Below the pieces are notes generated by a model. That model made no database searches. It saw nothing but the letters and a program-made list of their open reading frames with translations, and had not been told where the DNA came from. Below, one piece after another: positions 24,970 to 39,702 of a stretch of 64,000 nucleotides of DNA. How positions within the stretch are numbered: position 1 is the stretch's first letter; each line of letters begins with the position of its first letter. Made by a program: the position numbers and the translations under genes. Source of the stretch: Leptogorgia sarmentosa (Eukaryota). The stretch covers positions 14,260,001 to 14,324,000 of the forward strand of contig OZ210885.1 of NCBI GenBank assembly GCA_964658305.1, given 5' to 3'.

Positions 24970-27900
24970 AAGGTTGCTTTTTTATGAAGGGTGTTAGAGA
25001 ATTTGGGTAAATTATAGCAAAATTTCACCACATTTATCCAACCTTGATAAATTAAACGCCACTTTGTCAATGACTCAAAAAACAAGGTTGCTTCTTCATA
25101 TATCACTGTTATTAACAGTGTTAGAGAAGTTGGTTTAAATATAGCAAAATTTCACCACATTTAACCAACCTTGATAAATTAAACGCCACATTGTCAATGA
25201 CTAAAAAAAACAAGGTTGCTTTTTTATGAAGGGTGTTAGAGAAGTTGGTTAAATTATAGCAAAATTTCACCACATTTAACCAACCTTGATAAATTAAATG
25301 CCACATTGTGAATGACTCAAAAAAACAAGGTTGCTTCTTCATATATCACTGTTATGAAGGGTGTTAGAGAAGTTGGTTTAAATAAAGCAACATTTCACCA
25401 CATTTAACCAACCTTGATAAATTAAACGCCACATTGTCAATGACTCAAAAAACAAGGTTGCTTCTTCACATATCACTGTTACTAACGGTGTAAGAGAAGT
25501 TGGTTTATAGCAAAATATCACCACATTTAACCAACCTTGATAAATTAAACGCCACATCATCAATGACTAAAAAAAACAAGGTTACTTCTTCATATATCAC
25601 TGTTATGAAGGGTGTTGGAGAAGTTGGTTAAATTATAGCAAAATTTCACCACATTTAACCAACCTTGATAAATTAAACGCCACACTGTGAATGACTAAAA
25701 AAAACAAGGTTGCTTCTTCATATATCACTGTTATGAAGGGTGTTAGAGAAGTTGGTTTAAATATAGCAAAATTTCACCACATTTAACCACCCTTGATCAA
25801 TTAAACGCCACATTGTCAATGACTCAAAAAAACAAGGTTGCTTTTTTATGAAGGGTGTTAGAGAAGTTGGTTAAATTATAGCAAAATTTCACCACATTTA
25901 ACCAACCTTGATAAATTAAATGCCACATCGTCAATGACTAAAAAAAACAAGGTTGCTTTTTTATGAAAGGTGTTAGAGAAGTTGGTTAAATTATAGCAAA
26001 ATTTCACCACATTTATCAAACCTTGATAAATTAAATGCCACATTGTCAATGACTCAAAAAACAAGGTTGCTTCTTCATATATCACTGTTATTAACAGTGT
26101 TAGAGTAGTTGGTTTATAGCAAAATTTCACCACATTTAACCAACCTTGATAAATTAAATGCCACATTGTCAATGACTCAAAAAAACAAGGTTGCTTCTTC
26201 ATATATCACTGTTATGAAGGGTGTTGGAGAAGTTGGTTAAATTATAGCAAAATTTCACGACATTTAACCAACCTTGATAAATTAAATTCCACATGGTCAA
26301 TGACTCAAAAAAACAAGGTTGCTTCTTCATATATCACTGTTATGAAGGGTGTTAGAGAAGTTGGTTAAAACATACCAAAATTTCACCACATTTAACCAAC
26401 CTTGATAAATTAAATGCCACATCGTCAATGACTCAAAAAAACAAGGTTGCTTTTTTATGAAAGGTGTTAGAGAAGTTGGTTAAATGATAGCAAAATTTCA
26501 CCACATTTAACCAACCTTGATAAATTAAATGCCACATCGTCAATGACTAAAAAAAACAAGGTTGCTTTTTTATGAAAGCTGTTAGAGAAGTTGGTTAAAT
26601 TATAGCAAAATTTCACCACATTTATCAAACCTTGATAAATTAAACGCCACATCATCAATGACTCAAAAAAACAAGGTTGCTTTTTTATGAAAGCTGTTAG
26701 AGAAGTTGGTTAAATTATAGCAAAATTTCACCACATTTAACCAACCTTGATAAATTAAATGCCACATTGTCAATGACTCAAAAAAACAAGGTTGCTTCTT
26801 CATATATCACTGTTATGAAGGGTGTTGGAGAAGTTGGTTAAATTATAGCAAAATTTCACGACATTTAACCAACCTTGATAAATTAAATGCCACATGGTCA
26901 ATGACTCAAAAAAACAAGGTTGCTTCTTCATATATCACTGTTATGAAGGGTGTTAGAGAAGTTGGTTAAAATATACCAAAATTTCACCACATTTAACCAA
27001 CCTTGATAAATTAAATGCCACATCGTCAATGACTCAAAAAAACAAGGTTGCTTTTTTATGAAAGGTGTTAGAGAAGTTGGTTAAATGATAGCAAAATTTC
27101 ACCACATTTAACCAACCTTGATAAATTAAATGCCACATCGTCAATGACTAAAAAAAACAAGGTTGCTTTTTTATGAAAGCTGTTAGAGAAGTTGGTTAAA
27201 TTATAGCAAAATTTCACCACATTTATCAAACCTTGATAAATTAAATGCCACATCATCAATGACTCAAAAAAACAAGGTTGCTTTTTTATGAAAGCTGTTA
27301 GAGAAGTTGGTTAAATTATAGCAAAATTTCACCACATTTAACCAACCTTGATAAATTAAATGCCACATTGTCAATGACTCAAAAAAACAAGGTTGCTTCT
27401 TCATATATCACTGTTATGAAGGGTGTTGGAGAAGTTGGTTAAATTATAGCAAAATTTCACGACATTTAACCAACCTTGATAAATTAAATGCCACATGGTC
27501 AATGACTCAAAAAAACAAGGTTGCTTCTTCATATATCACTGTTATGAAGGGTGGTAGAGAAGTTGGTTAAAATATACCAAAATTTCACCACATTTAACCA
27601 ACCTTGATAAATTAAATGCCACATCGTCAATGACTCAAAAAAACAAGGTTGCTTGTTCATATATCACTGTTATGAAGGGTGTTAGAGAAGTTCGTTAAAA
27701 TATAGCAACATTTCGCCACATTGAACCAACCTTGATAAATTAAACGCCACATTGTCAATGACTCAAAAAAACAAGGTTGCTTCTTCATATATCACTGTTA
27801 TGAAGGGTGTTGGAGAAGTTGGTTAAATTATAGCAAAATTTCACCACATTAAACCAACCTTGATAAATTAAACGCCACATCATCAATGACTCAAAAAAAC

Positions 27901-30900
27901 AAGGTTGCTTTTTTATGAAGGGTGTTAGAGAAGTTGGTTAAATTATAGCAAAATTTCATCACATTTAACCAACCTTGATAAATTAAACGCCACATTGTGA
28001 ATGACTCAAAAAAACAAGGTTGCTTCTTCATATATCACTGTTATGAAGGGTGTTAGAGAAGTTGGTTTAAATAAAGCAACATTTCACCACATTTAACCAA
28101 CCTTGATAAATTAAACGCCACATTGTCAATGACTAAAAAAACAAGGTTGCGTTTTTATGAAGGGTTTTAGAGAAGTTGGTTAAATTATAGCAAAATTTCA
28201 CCACATTTAACCAACCTTGATAAATTAAACGCCACATTGTGAATGACTAAAAAAAACAAGGTTGCTTCTTCATATATCACTGTTATGAAGGGTGTTAGAG
28301 AAGTTGGTTTAAATAAAGCAACATTTCACCACATTTAACCAACCTTGATAAATTAAATGCCACATCGTCAATGACTAAAAAAAACAAGGTTGCTTTTTTA
28401 TGAAAGCTGTTAGAGAAGTTGGTTAAATTATAGCAAAATTTCACCACATTTATCAAACCTTGATAAATTAAACGCCACATCATCAATGACTCAAAAAAAC
28501 AAGGTTGCTTTTTTATGAAAGCTGTTAGAGAAGTTGGTTAAATTATAGCAAAATTTCACCACATTTAACCAACCTTGATAAATTAAATGCCACATTGTCA
28601 ATGACTCAAAAAAACAAGGTTGCTTCTTCATATATCACTGTTATGAAGGGTGTTGGAGAAGTTGGTTAAATTATAGCAAAATTTCACGACATTTAACCAA
28701 CCTTGATAAATTAAATTCCACATGGTCAATGACTCAAAAAAACAAGGTTGCTTCTTCATATATCACTGTTATGAAGGGTGTTAGAGAAGTTGGTTAAAAC
28801 ATACCAAAATTTCACCACATTTAACCAACCTTGATAAATTAAATGCCACATCGTCAATGACTCAAAAAAACAAGGTTGCTTTTTTATGAAAGCTGTTAGA
28901 GAAGTTGGTTAAATTATAGCAAAATTTCACCACATTTAACCAACCTTGATAAATTAAATGCCACATTGTCAATGACTCAAAAAAACAAGGTTGCTTCTTC
29001 ATATATCACTGTTATGAAGGGTGTTGGAGAAGTTGGTTAAATTATAGCAAAATTTCACGACATTTAACCAACCTTGATAAATTAAACGCCACATTGTCAA
29101 TGACTAAAAAACAAGGTTGCTTTTTTATGAAGGGTGTTAGAGAATTTGGGTAAATTATAGCAAAATTTCACCACATTTATCCAACCTTGATAAATTAAAC
29201 GCCACTTTGTCAATGACTCAAAAAACAAGGTTGCTTCTTCATATATCACTGTTATTAACAGTGTTAGAGAAGTTGGTTTAAATATAGCAAAATTTCACCA
29301 CATTTAACCAACCTTGATAAATTAAACGCCACATTGTCAATGACTAAAAAAAACAAGGTTGCTTTTTTATGAAGGGTGTTAGAGAAGTTGGTTAAATTAT
29401 AGCAAAATTTCACCACATTTAACCAACCTTGATAAATTAAATGCCACATTGTGAATGACTCAAAAAAACAAGGTTGCTTCTTCATATATCACTGTTATGA
29501 AGGGTGTTAGAGAAGTTGGTTTAAATAAAGCAACATTTCACCACATTTAACCAACCTTGATAAATTAAACGCCACATTGTCAATGACTCAAAAAACAAGG
29601 TTGCTTCTTCACATATCACTGTTACTAACGGTGTAAGAGAAGTTGGTTTATAGCAAAATATCACCACATTTAACCAACCTTGATAAATTAAACGCCACAT
29701 CATCAATGACTAAAAAAAACAAGGTTACTTCTTCATATAACACTGTTATGAAGGGTGTTAGAGAAGTTGGTTAAATTATAGCAAAATTTCACCACATTTA
29801 ACCAACCTTGATAAATTAAATGCCACATCGTCAATGACTAAAAAAAACAAGGTTGCTTCTTCATATATCACTGTTATGAAGGGTGTTGGAGAAGTTGGTT
29901 AAATTATAGCAAAATTTCACGACATTTAACCAACCTTGATAAATTAAATTCCACATGGTCAATGACTCAAAAAAACAAGGTTGCTTTTTTATGAAGGGTG
30001 TTAGAGAAGTTGGTTAAATTATAGCAAAATTTCACCACATTTAACCAACCTTGATAAATTAAATGCCACATCGTCAATGACTAAAAAAAACAAGGTTGCT
30101 TTTTTATGAAAGGTGTTAGAGAAGTTGGTTAAATTATAGCAAAATTTCACCACATTTATCAAACCTTGATAAATTAAATGCCACATTGTCAATGACTCAA
30201 AAAACAAGGTTGCTTCTTCATATATCACTGTTATTAACAGTGTTAGAGTAGTTGGTTTATAGCAAAATTTCACCACATTTAACCAACCTTGATAAATTAA
30301 ATGCCACATTGTCAATGACTCAAAAAAACAAGGTTGCTTCTTCATATATCACTGTTATGAAGGGTGTTGGAGAAGTTGGTTAAATTATAGCAAAATTTCA
30401 CGACATTTAACCAACCTTGATAAATTAAATTCCACATGGTCAATGACTCAAAAAAACAAGGTTGCTTCTTCATATATCACTGTTATGAAGGGTGTTAGAG
30501 AAGTTGGTTAAAACATACCAAAATTTCACCACATTTAACCAACCTTGATAAATTAAATGCCACATCGTCAATGACTCAAAAAAACAAGGTTGCTTTTTTA
30601 TGAAAGGTGTTAGAGAAGTTGGTTAAATGATAGCAAAATTTCACCACATTTAACCAACCTTGATAAATTAAATGCCACATCGTCAATGACTAAAAAAAAC
30701 AAGGTTGCTTTTTTATGAAAGCTGTTAGAGAAGTTGGTTAAATTATAGCAAAATTTCACCACATTTATCAAACCTTGATAAATTAAACGCCACATCATCA
30801 ATGACTCAAAAAAACAAGGTTGCTTTTTTATGAAAGCTGTTAGAGAAGTTGGTTAAATTATAGCAAAATTTCACCACATTTAACCAACCTTGATAAATTA

Positions 30901-31940
30901 AATGCCACATTGTCAATGACTCAAAAAAACAAGGTTGCTTCTTCATATATCACTGTTATGAAGGGTGTTGGAGAAGTTGGTTAAATTATAGCAAAATTTC
31001 ACGACATTTAACCAACCTTGATAAATTAAATGCCACATGGTCAATGACTCAAAAAAACAAGGTTGCTTCTTCATATATCACTGTTATGAAGGGTGTTAGA
31101 GAAGTTGGTTAAAATATACCAAAATTTCACCACATTTAACCAACCTTGATAAATTAAATGCCACATCGTCAATGACTCAAAAAAACAAGGTTGCTTTTTT
31201 ATGAAAGGTGTTAGAGAAGTTGGTTAAATGATAGCAAAATTTCACCACATTTAACCAACCTTGATAAATTAAATGCCACATCGTCAATGACTAAAAAAAA
31301 CAAGGTTGCTTTTTTATGAAAGCTGTTAGAGAAGTTGGTTAAATTATAGCAAAATTTCACCACATTTATCAAACCTTGATAAATTAAATGCCACATCATC
31401 AATGACTCAAAAAAACAAGGTTGCTTTTTTATGAAAGCTGTTAGAGAAGTTGGTTAAATTATAGCAAAATTTCACCACATTTAACCAACCTTGATAAATT
31501 AAATGCCACATTGTCAATGACTCAAAAAAACAAGGTTGCTTCTTCATATATCACTGTTATGAAGGGTGTTGGAGAAGTTGGTTAAATTATAGCAAAATTT
31601 CACGACATTTAACCAACCTTGATAAATTAAATGCCACATGGTCAATGACTCAAAAAAACAAGGTTGCTTCTTCATATATCACTGTTATGAAGGGTGTTAG
31701 AGAAGTTGGTTAAAATATACCAAAATTTCACCACATTTAACCAACCTTGATAAATTAAATGCCACATCGTCAATGACTCAAAAAAACAAGGTTGCTTGTT
31801 CATATATCACTGTTATGAAGGGTGTTAGAGAAGTTCGTTAAAATATAGCAACATTTCGCCACATTGAACCAACCTTGATAAATTAAACGCCACATTGTCA
31901 ATGACTCAAAAAAACAAGGTTGCTTCTTCATATATCACTG
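24970..31940 (+). repeat. ~2.8-kb block duplicated at an offset of 4143 bp (~24970-27800 and ~29110-31940)
   Basis: ORF pairs 25121/29264, 25378/29521, 25876/30019, 26467/30610 and 27068/31211 are all offset by 4143. Confidence 0.9.
26178..27635 (+). repeat. 601-bp pentameric higher-order repeat (128+128+115+115+115), ~2.4 tandem copies; recurrent unit of the right-hand 38 kb
   Basis: Unit starts at 26178, 26779 and 27380. Diagnostic variants cacgac, cacatggtc, aaaa(t/c)atacc, aaatgatag and gaaagctg occur in fixed order. ORF pairs offset by 601 occur at 26467, 30610, 34560, 37524, 43486, 50973, 54028, 57568 and 61999. Confidence 0.93.
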
Positions 31941-33756
31941 TTATTAACAGTGTTAGAGAAGTTGGTTTAAATATAGCAAAATTTCACCACATTTAACCAA
32001 CCTTGATAAATTAAACGCCACATTGTCAATGACTCAAAAAAACAAGGTTGCTACTTCATATATCACTGTTATGAAGGGTGTTGGAGAAGTTGGTTAAATT
32101 ATAGCAAAATTTCACCACATTAAACCAACCTTGATAAATTAAACGCCACATTGTCAATGACTCAAAAAAACAAGGTTGCTTCTTCATATATCACTGTTAT
32201 GAAGGGTGTTAGAGAAGTTGGTTTAAATAAAGCAACATTTCACCACATTTAACCAACCTTGATAAATTAAACGCCACATTGTCAATGACTAAAAAAACAA
32301 GGTTGCTTCTTCACATATCACTGTTACTAACGGTGTTAGAGAAGTTGGTTTATAGCAAAATTTCACCACATTTAACCAACCTTGATAAATTAAACGCCAC
32401 ATCATCAATGACTCAAAAAAACAAGTTTGCTTCTTCATATAACACTGTTATGAAGGGTGTTGGAGAACTTGGTTAAATTATAGAAAAATTTCACCACATT
32501 TAACCAACCTTGATAAATTAAATGCCACATTGTCAATGACTCAAAAAAACAAGGTTGCTTCTTCATATATCACTGTTATGAAGGGTGTTGGAGAAGTTGG
32601 TTAAATTATAGCAAAATTTCACCACATTTAACCAATCTTGATAAATTAAATGCCACATGGTCAATGACTCAAAAAAACAAGGTTGCTTCTTCATATATCA
32701 CTGTTATGAAGGGTGTTAGAGAAGTTGATTAAAATATACCAAAATTTCACCACATTTAACCAACCTTGATAAATTAAATGCCACATCGTCAATGACTCAA
32801 AAAAACAAGGTTGCTTGTTCATATATCACTGTTGTGAAGGGTGTTGGAGAAGTTCGTTAAAATATAGCAACATTTCGCCACATTGAACCAACCTTGATAA
32901 ATTAAACGCCACGTCGTCAATGGCTCAAAAAAACAAGGTTGCTTCTTCATATATCACTGTTATGAAGGGTGTTAGAGAAGTTGGTTTATAGCAAAATTTC
33001 ACCACATTTAACCAACCTTGATAAATTAAACGCCACATCATCAATGACTCAAAAAAACAAGGTTGCTTTTTTATGAAAGGTGTTAGAGAAGTTGGTTAAA
33101 TTATAGCAAAATTTCACCACATTTATCCAACCTTGATAAATTAAACGCCACTTTGTCAATGACTCAAAAAACAAGGTTGCTTCTTCATATATCACTGTTA
33201 TTAACAGTGTTAGAGAAGTTGGTTTAAATATAGCAAAATTTCACCACATTTAACCAACCTTGATAAATTAAACGCCACATTGTCAATGACTCAAAAAAAC
33301 AAGGTTGCTTCTTCATATATCACTGTTATGAAGGGTGTTGGAGAAGTTGGTTAAATTATAGCAAAATTTCACCACATTTAAGCAACCTTGATAAATTAAA
33401 CGCCACATCGTGAATGACTAAAAAAAACAAGGTTGCTTCTTCATATATCACTGTTATGAAGGGTGTTAGAGAAGTTGATTTAAATATAGCAAAATTTCAC
33501 CACATTTAACCAACCTTGATAAATTAAATGCCACATCGTCAATGACTAAAAAAAACAAGGTTGCTTTTTGATGAAAGGTGTTAGAGAAGTTGGTTAAATT
33601 ATAGCAAAATTTCACCACATTTATCAAACCTTGATAAATTAAACGCCACATTGTCAATGACTCAAAAAACAAGGTTGCTTCTTCATATATCACTGTTATT
33701 AATGGTGTTAGAGAAGTTGGTTTATAGCAAAATTTCACCACATTTAACCAACCTTG

Positions 33757-36700
33757 ATAAATTAAACGCCACATCATCAATGACTCAAAAAAACAAGGTT
33801 GCTTTTTTATGAAGGGTGTTAGAGAATTTGGGTAAATTATAGCAAAATTTCACCACACTTATCCAACCTTGATAAATTAAACGCCACATTGTCAATGACT
33901 CAAAAAACAAGGTTGCTTCTTCATATATCACTGTTATTAACAGTGTTAGAGAAGTTGGTTTAAATATAGCAAAATTTCACCACATTTAACCAACCTTGAT
34001 AAATTAAACGCCACATTGTCAATGACTCAAAAAAAACAAGGTTGCTTCTTCATATATCACTGTTATGAAGGGTGTTAGAGAATTTGGGTAAATTATAGCA
34101 AAATTTCACCACATTTATCCAACCTTCATAAATTAAACGCCACTTTGTCAATGACTCAAAAAACAAGGTTGCTTCTTCATATATCACTGTTATGAAGGGT
34201 GTTAGAGAAGTTGGTTTAAATATAGCAAAATTTCACCACATTTAACCACCCTTGATCAATTAAACGCCACATTGTCAATGACTCAAAAAAACAAGGTTGC
34301 TTTTTTATGAAGGGTGTTAGAGAAGTTGGTTAAATTATAGCATAATTTCACCACATTTAACCAACCTTGATAAATTAAACGCCACATTGTCAATGACTCA
34401 AAAAAACAAGGTTGCGTTTTTATGAAGGGTTTTAGAGAAGTTGGTTAAATTATAGCAAAATTTCACCACATTTAACCAACCTTGATAAATTAAACGCCAC
34501 ATTGTGAATGACTAAAAAAAACAAGGTTGCTTCTTCATATATCACTGTTATGAAGGGTGTTAGAGAAGTTGGTTTAAATAAAGCAACATTTCACCACATT
34601 TAACCAACCTTGATAAATTAAATGCCACATCGTCAATGACTAAAAAAAACAAGGTTGCTTTTTTATGAAAGCTGTTAGAGAAGTTGGTTAAATTATAGCA
34701 AAATTTCACCACATTTATCAAACCTTGATAAATTAAACGCCACATCATCAATGACTCAAAAAAACAAGGTTGCTTTTTTATGAAAGCTGTTAGAGAAGTT
34801 GGTTAAATTATAGCAAAATTTCACCACATTTAACCAACCTTGATAAATTAAATGCCACATTGTCAATGACTCAAAAAAACAAGGTTGCTTCTTCATATAT
34901 CACTGTTATGAAGGGTGTTGGAGAAGTTGGTTAAATTATAGCAAAATTTCACGACATTTAACCAACCTTGATAAATTAAATTCCACATGGTCAATGACTC
35001 AAAAAAACAAGGTTGCTTCTTCATATATCACTGTTATGAAGGGTGTTAGAGAAGTTGGTTAAAACATACCAAAATTTCACCACATTTAACCAACCTTGAT
35101 AAATTAAATGCCACATCGTCAATGACTCAAAAAAACAAGGTTGCTTTTTTATGAAAGGTGTTAGAGAAGTTGGTTAAATGATAGCAAAATTTCACCACAT
35201 TTAACCAACCTTGATAAATTAAATGCCACATCGTCAATGACTAAAAAAAACAAGGTTGCTTTTTTATGAAAGCTGTTAGAGAAGTTGGTTAAATTATAGC
35301 AAAATTTCACCACATTTATCAAACCTTGATAAATTAAACGCCACATCATCAATGATTCAAAAAAACAAGGTTGCTTTTTTATGAAAGCTGTTAGAGAAGT
35401 TGGTTAAATTATAGCAAAATTTCACCACATTTAACCAACCTTGATAAATTAAATGCCACATTGTCAATGACTCAAAAAAACAAGGTTGCTTCTTCATATA
35501 TCACTGTTATGAAGGGTGTTGGAGAAGTTGGTTAAATTATAGCAAAATTTCACGACATTTAACCAACCTTGATAAATTAAATGCCACATGGTCAATGACT
35601 CAAAAAAACAAGGTTGCTTCTTCATATATCACTGTTATGAAGGGTGTTAGAGAAGTTGGTTAAAATATACCAAAATTTCACCACATTTAACCAACCTTGA
35701 TAAATTAAATGCCACATCGTCAATGACTCAAAAAAACAAGGTTGCTTGTTCATATATCACTGTTATGAAGGGTGTTAGAGAAGTTCGTTAAAATATAGCA
35801 ACATTTCGCCACATTGAACCAACCTTGATAAATTAAACGCCACGTCGTCAATGGCTCAAAAAAACAAGGTTGCTTCTTCATATATCACTGTTATGAAGGG
35901 TGTTAGAGAAGTTGGTTAAATTATAGCAAAATTTCACCACATTTAACCAACCTTAATAAATTAAACGCCACATTGTCAATGACTCAAAAAACAAGGTTGC
36001 TTCTTCATATATCACTGTTATGAAGGGTGTTGGAGAAGTTGGTTAAATTATAGCAAAATTTCACGACATTTAACCAACCTTGATAAATTAAATGCCACAT
36101 GGTCAATGACTCAAAAAAACAAGGTTGCTTCTTCATATATCACTGTTATGAAGGGTGTTAGAGAAGTTGGTTAAAATATACCAAAATTTCACCACATTTA
36201 ACCAACCTTGATAAATTAAATGCCACATCGTCAATGACTCAAAAAAACAAGGTTGCTTGTTCATATATCACTGTTATGAAGGGTGTTAGAGAAGTTCGTT
36301 AAAATATAGCAACATTTCGCCACATTGAACCAACCTTGATAAATTAAACGCCACGTCGTCAATGGCTCAAAAAAACAAGGTTGCTTCTTCATATATCACT
36401 GTTATGAAGGGTGTTAGAGAAGTTGGTTAAATTATAGCAAAATTTCACCACATTTAACCAACCTTAATAAATTAAACGCCACATTGTCAATGACTCAAAA
36501 AACAAGGTTGCTTCTTCATATATCACTGTTATTAATGGTGTTAGAGAAGTTGGTTTAAATATAGCAAAATTTCACCACATTTAACCAACCTTGATAAATT
36601 AAACGCCACATCATCAATGACACAAAAAACAAGGTTGCTTCTTCATATATCACTGTTATGAAGGGTGTTAGAGAAGTTGGTTAAATTATAGCAAAATTTC

Positions 36701-39700
36701 ACCACATTTAACCAACCTTAATAAATTAAACGCCACATCATCAATGACTCAAAAAAACAAGGTTGCTTTTTTATGAAGGGTGTTAGAGAATTTGGGTAAA
36801 TTATAGCAAAATTTCACCACACTTATCCAACCTTGATAAATTAAACGCCACATTGTCAATGACTCAAAAAACAAGGTTGCTTCTTCATATATCACTGTTA
36901 TTAACAGTGTTAGAGAAGTTGGTTTAAATATAGCAAAATTTCACCACATTTAACCAACCTTGATAAATTAAACGCCACATTGTCAATGACTCAAAAAAAA
37001 CAAGGTTGCTTCTTCATATATCACTGTTATGAAGGGTGTTAGAGAATTTGGGTAAATTATAGCAAAATTTCACCACATTTATCCAACCTTCATAAATTAA
37101 ACGCCACTTTGTCAATGACTCAAAAAACAAGGTTGCTTCTTCATATATCACTGTTATGAAGGGTGTTAGAGAAGTTGGTTTAAATATAGCAAAATTTCAC
37201 CACATTTAACCACCCTTGATCAATTAAACGCCACATTGTCAATGACTCAAAAAAACAAGGTTGCTTTTTTATGAAGGGTGTTAGAGAAGTTGGTTAAATT
37301 ATAGCATAATTTCACCACATTTAACCAACCTTGATAAATTAAACGCCACATTGTCAATGACTCAAAAAAACAAGGTTGCGTTTTTATGAAGGGTTTTAGA
37401 GAAGTTGGTTAAATTATAGCAAAATTTCACCACATTTAACCAACCTTGATAAATTAAACGCCACATTGTGAATGACTAAAAAAAACAAGGTTGCTTCTTC
37501 ATATATCACTGTTATGAAGGGTGTTAGAGAAGTTGGTTTAAATAAAGCAACATTTCACCACATTTAACCAACCTTGATAAATTAAATGCCACATCGTCAA
37601 TGACTAAAAAAAACAAGGTTGCTTTTTTATGAAAGCTGTTAGAGAAGTTGGTTAAATTATAGCAAAATTTCACCACATTTATCAAACCTTGATAAATTAA
37701 ACGCCACATCATCAATGACTCAAAAAAACAAGGTTGCTTTTTTATGAAAGCTGTTAGAGAAGTTGGTTAAATTATAGCAAAATTTCACCACATTTAACCA
37801 ACCTTGATAAATTAAATGCCACATTGTCAATGACTCAAAAAAACAAGGTTGCTTCTTCATATATCACTGTTATGAAGGGTGTTGGAGAAGTTGGTTAAAT
37901 TATAGCAAAATTTCACGACATTTAACCAACCTTGATAAATTAAATTCCACATGGTCAATGACTCAAAAAAACAAGGTTGCTTCTTCATATATCACTGTTA
38001 TGAAGGGTGTTAGAGAAGTTGGTTAAAACATACCAAAATTTCACCACATTTAACCAACCTTGATAAATTAAATGCCACATCGTCAATGACTCAAAAAAAC
38101 AAGGTTGCTTTTTTATGAAAGGTGTTAGAGAAGTTGGTTAAATGATAGCAAAATTTCACCACATTTAACCAACCTTGATAAATTAAATGCCACATCGTCA
38201 ATGACTAAAAAAAACAAGGTTGCTTTTTTATGAAAGCTGTTAGAGAAGTTGGTTAAATTATAGCAAAATTTCACCACATTTATCAAACCTTGATAAATTA
38301 AACGCCACATCATCAATGATTCAAAAAAACAAGGTTGCTTTTTTATGAAAGCTGTTAGAGAAGTTGGTTAAATTATAGCAAAATTTCACCACATTTAACC
38401 AACCTTGATAAATTAAATGCCACATTGTCAATGACTCAAAAAAACAAGGTTGCTTCTTCATATATCACTGTTATGAAGGGTGTTGGAGAAGTTGGTTAAA
38501 TTATAGCAAAATTTCACGACATTTAACCAACCTTGATAAATTAAATGCCACATGGTCAATGACTCAAAAAAACAAGGTTGCTTCTTCATATATCACTGTT
38601 ATGAAGGGTGTTAGAGAAGTTGGTTAAAATATACCAAAATTTCACCACATTTAACCAACCTTGATAAATTAAATGCCACATCGTCAATGACTCAAAAAAA
38701 CAAGGTTGCTTGTTCATATATCACTGTTATGAAGGGTGTTAGAGAAGTTCGTTAAAATATAGCAACATTTCGCCACATTGAACCAACCTTGATAAATTAA
38801 ACGCCACGTCGTCAATGGCTCAAAAAAACAAGGTTGCTTCTTCATATATCACTGTTATGAAGGGTGTTAGAGAAGTTGGTTAAATTATAGCAAAATTTCA
38901 CCACATTTAACCAACCTTAATAAATTAAACGCCACATTGTCAATGACTCAAAAAACAAGGTTGCTTCTTCATATATCACTGTTATGAAGGGTGTTGGAGA
39001 AGTTGGTTAAATTATAGCAAAATTTCACGACATTTAACCAACCTTGATAAATTAAATGCCACATGGTCAATGACTCAAAAAAACAAGGTTGCTTCTTCAT
39101 ATATCACTGTTATGAAGGGTGTTAGAGAAGTTGGTTAAAATATACCAAAATTTCACCACATTTAACCAACCTTGATAAATTAAATGCCACATCGTCAATG
39201 ACTCAAAAAAACAAGGTTGCTTGTTCATATATCACTGTTATGAAGGGTGTTAGAGAAGTTCGTTAAAATATAGCAACATTTCGCCACATTGAACCAACCT
39301 TGATAAATTAAACGCCACGTCGTCAATGGCTCAAAAAAACAAGGTTGCTTCTTCATATATCACTGTTATGAAGGGTGTTAGAGAAGTTGGTTAAATTATA
39401 GCAAAATTTCACCACATTTAACCAACCTTAATAAATTAAACGCCACATTGTCAATGACTCAAAAAACAAGGTTGCTTCTTCATATATCACTGTTATTAAT
39501 GGTGTTAGAGAAGTTGGTTTAAATATAGCAAAATTTCACCACATTTAACCAACCTTGATAAATTAAACGCCACATCATCAATGACACAAAAAACAAGGTT
39601 GCTTCTTCATATATCACTGTTATGAAGGGTGTTAGAGAAGTTGGTTAAATTATAGCAAAATTTCACCACATTTAACCAACCTTAATAAATTAAACGCCAC

Positions 39701-39702
39701 AT
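33757..39702 (+). repeat. 2964-bp tandem duplication (two complete copies) containing 601-bp and 511-bp sub-repeats
   Basis: ORFs 34560/37524 and 35161/38125 are offset by 2964. Shared variants are cacacttatcc (33857/36821), atgattcaaa and atgacacaaa. The internal 511-bp tetramer is marked by tttcgcc at 35807/36318 and 38771/39282. Confidence 0.94.
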
